Assembly: GCF_006345805.1 (NCBI RefSeq)
Contig: NC_042999.1
Location: 169,260,001 to 169,324,000, forward strand
Direction of reading: 5' to 3'
From: Octopus sinensis
Taxonomy: Eukaryota
Length of the DNA: 64,000 nucleotides
The position numbers and the translations under genes are program-made. The notes under the pieces were generated by a model. It did no database searches. It saw nothing but the letters and a program-made list of their open reading frames with translations, and had not been told where the DNA came from. Position 1 is the stretch's first letter. Every line of letters starts with the position of its first letter. Positions 63,348 through 64,000 of this stretch are shown here, in pieces.

Positions 63348-63429
63348 GAAAAAAGTGAGGTATATGTGTGTTCAGGCCATTTTGCATATAATGAAAAAAA
63401 TTTTTAAATCAAAATATATCAACTAGATT

Positions 63430-64000
63430 ATGGCTGGGAGGTGACAGTTTACTCAAAATAGCTGTCCTCACCTTCCACCACAACTTCAAGATAGCTCCAG
63501 AACCTGGTGCATGCATTCTTCACTCTGTCTCTGAGATTTGCAAACATTTTGCTCTTGGCCGCCAGTTTGGCCTTTGTGTTGCAAGTAGAGTGGTTGGTAT
63601 ATTTCTCAACCATGCCCAACATTACAATCAAGAGAATTAGGAGACCAGAAATTGAGGCTGCTGAAGTCATAGAAATTCTCCAACAATTACTTCTGACTCT
63701 TGCCAGAGGTCTGGCTTGGAGCTGAATCTTGTTAGCCTTCCAGCAGAAACCTTCTCCAGCCAAGGTTTGACCACAGTCTCCAGTTGCTACACATATCCAC
63801 CTGAATTGAGTCTAAGGCCTTGTTAAAAAATGTAGGGTTGCATAACATCACCGTCACAGGAGATATATCGAAAGACCATCACAGTTTAGGGGTTCTTGGT
63901 TTTCATGATCTCCATGTCACATCTTGCAGCCTTTATGGTGTTTACAGAGCATAAAGCAGCAGTCATGATGCCACCATTTTGATACCTGGCATGAATCATC
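63430..64000 (-). mobile_element. Tc1/mariner-superfamily (maT/DD37D-like) transposase remnant, cut by the window end
   Basis: Minus-strand pieces MKTKNP.TVMVF..ISCDGDVM, QDSAP..TSGKSQK.L.ENFYDF....W.PNS.D.N, NT.A.L....K....RF...LE.VVE..D.YFE*. Confidence 0.75.

Noticed and set aside
59033-63430. PDZ3 exon expected after YPVE
   Set aside because: No GLGLSIVGG-type sequence was seen in this AT-rich stretch; it presumably lies beyond the window.
63507-63725. 72-aa ORF resembling a membrane or secreted protein
   Set aside because: Antisense to the maT-like transposase remnant, with no splice signals linking it to scrib.

Overview
Animal (metazoan) genomic DNA. The repeat repertoire (RTE LINEs with (TGA)n tails, tRNA-derived and CORE-type SINEs, abundant TA/TG/TAA microsatellites) suggests Octopus or another coleoid cephalopod, but that is inference. 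The window lies inside one large plus-strand gene, a scribble (LAP4/scrib) ortholog. Seven coding exons at 5990, 22740, 27962, 32516, 37314, 56382 and 58235 encode all of PDZ1, all of PDZ2 and a long Ser/Thr/Pro linker ending at the 'YPVE' motif that precedes PDZ3. The LRR region and PDZ3-4 lie outside the window. The introns are largely transposon-derived. They hold two near full-length RTE LINEs, many RTE fragments, a complete but dead piggyBac, a Helitron RepHel remnant plus several non-autonomous Helitrons, Tc1/mariner remnants, a Ty3/gypsy gag-protease remnant with primer-binding sites, a CR1/L2-like 3' end and three SINE families. The most unusual items are a diverged in-frame copy of part of a PDZ2 exon in the wrong place, a perfect 122-bp inverted repeat, a structured hairpin element, a Helitron nested in its own family, a PHD-like finger inside the RTE reverse transcriptase, and an exon with only non-standard donor candidates. 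All coordinates and alignments were read by hand; no database searches were run.
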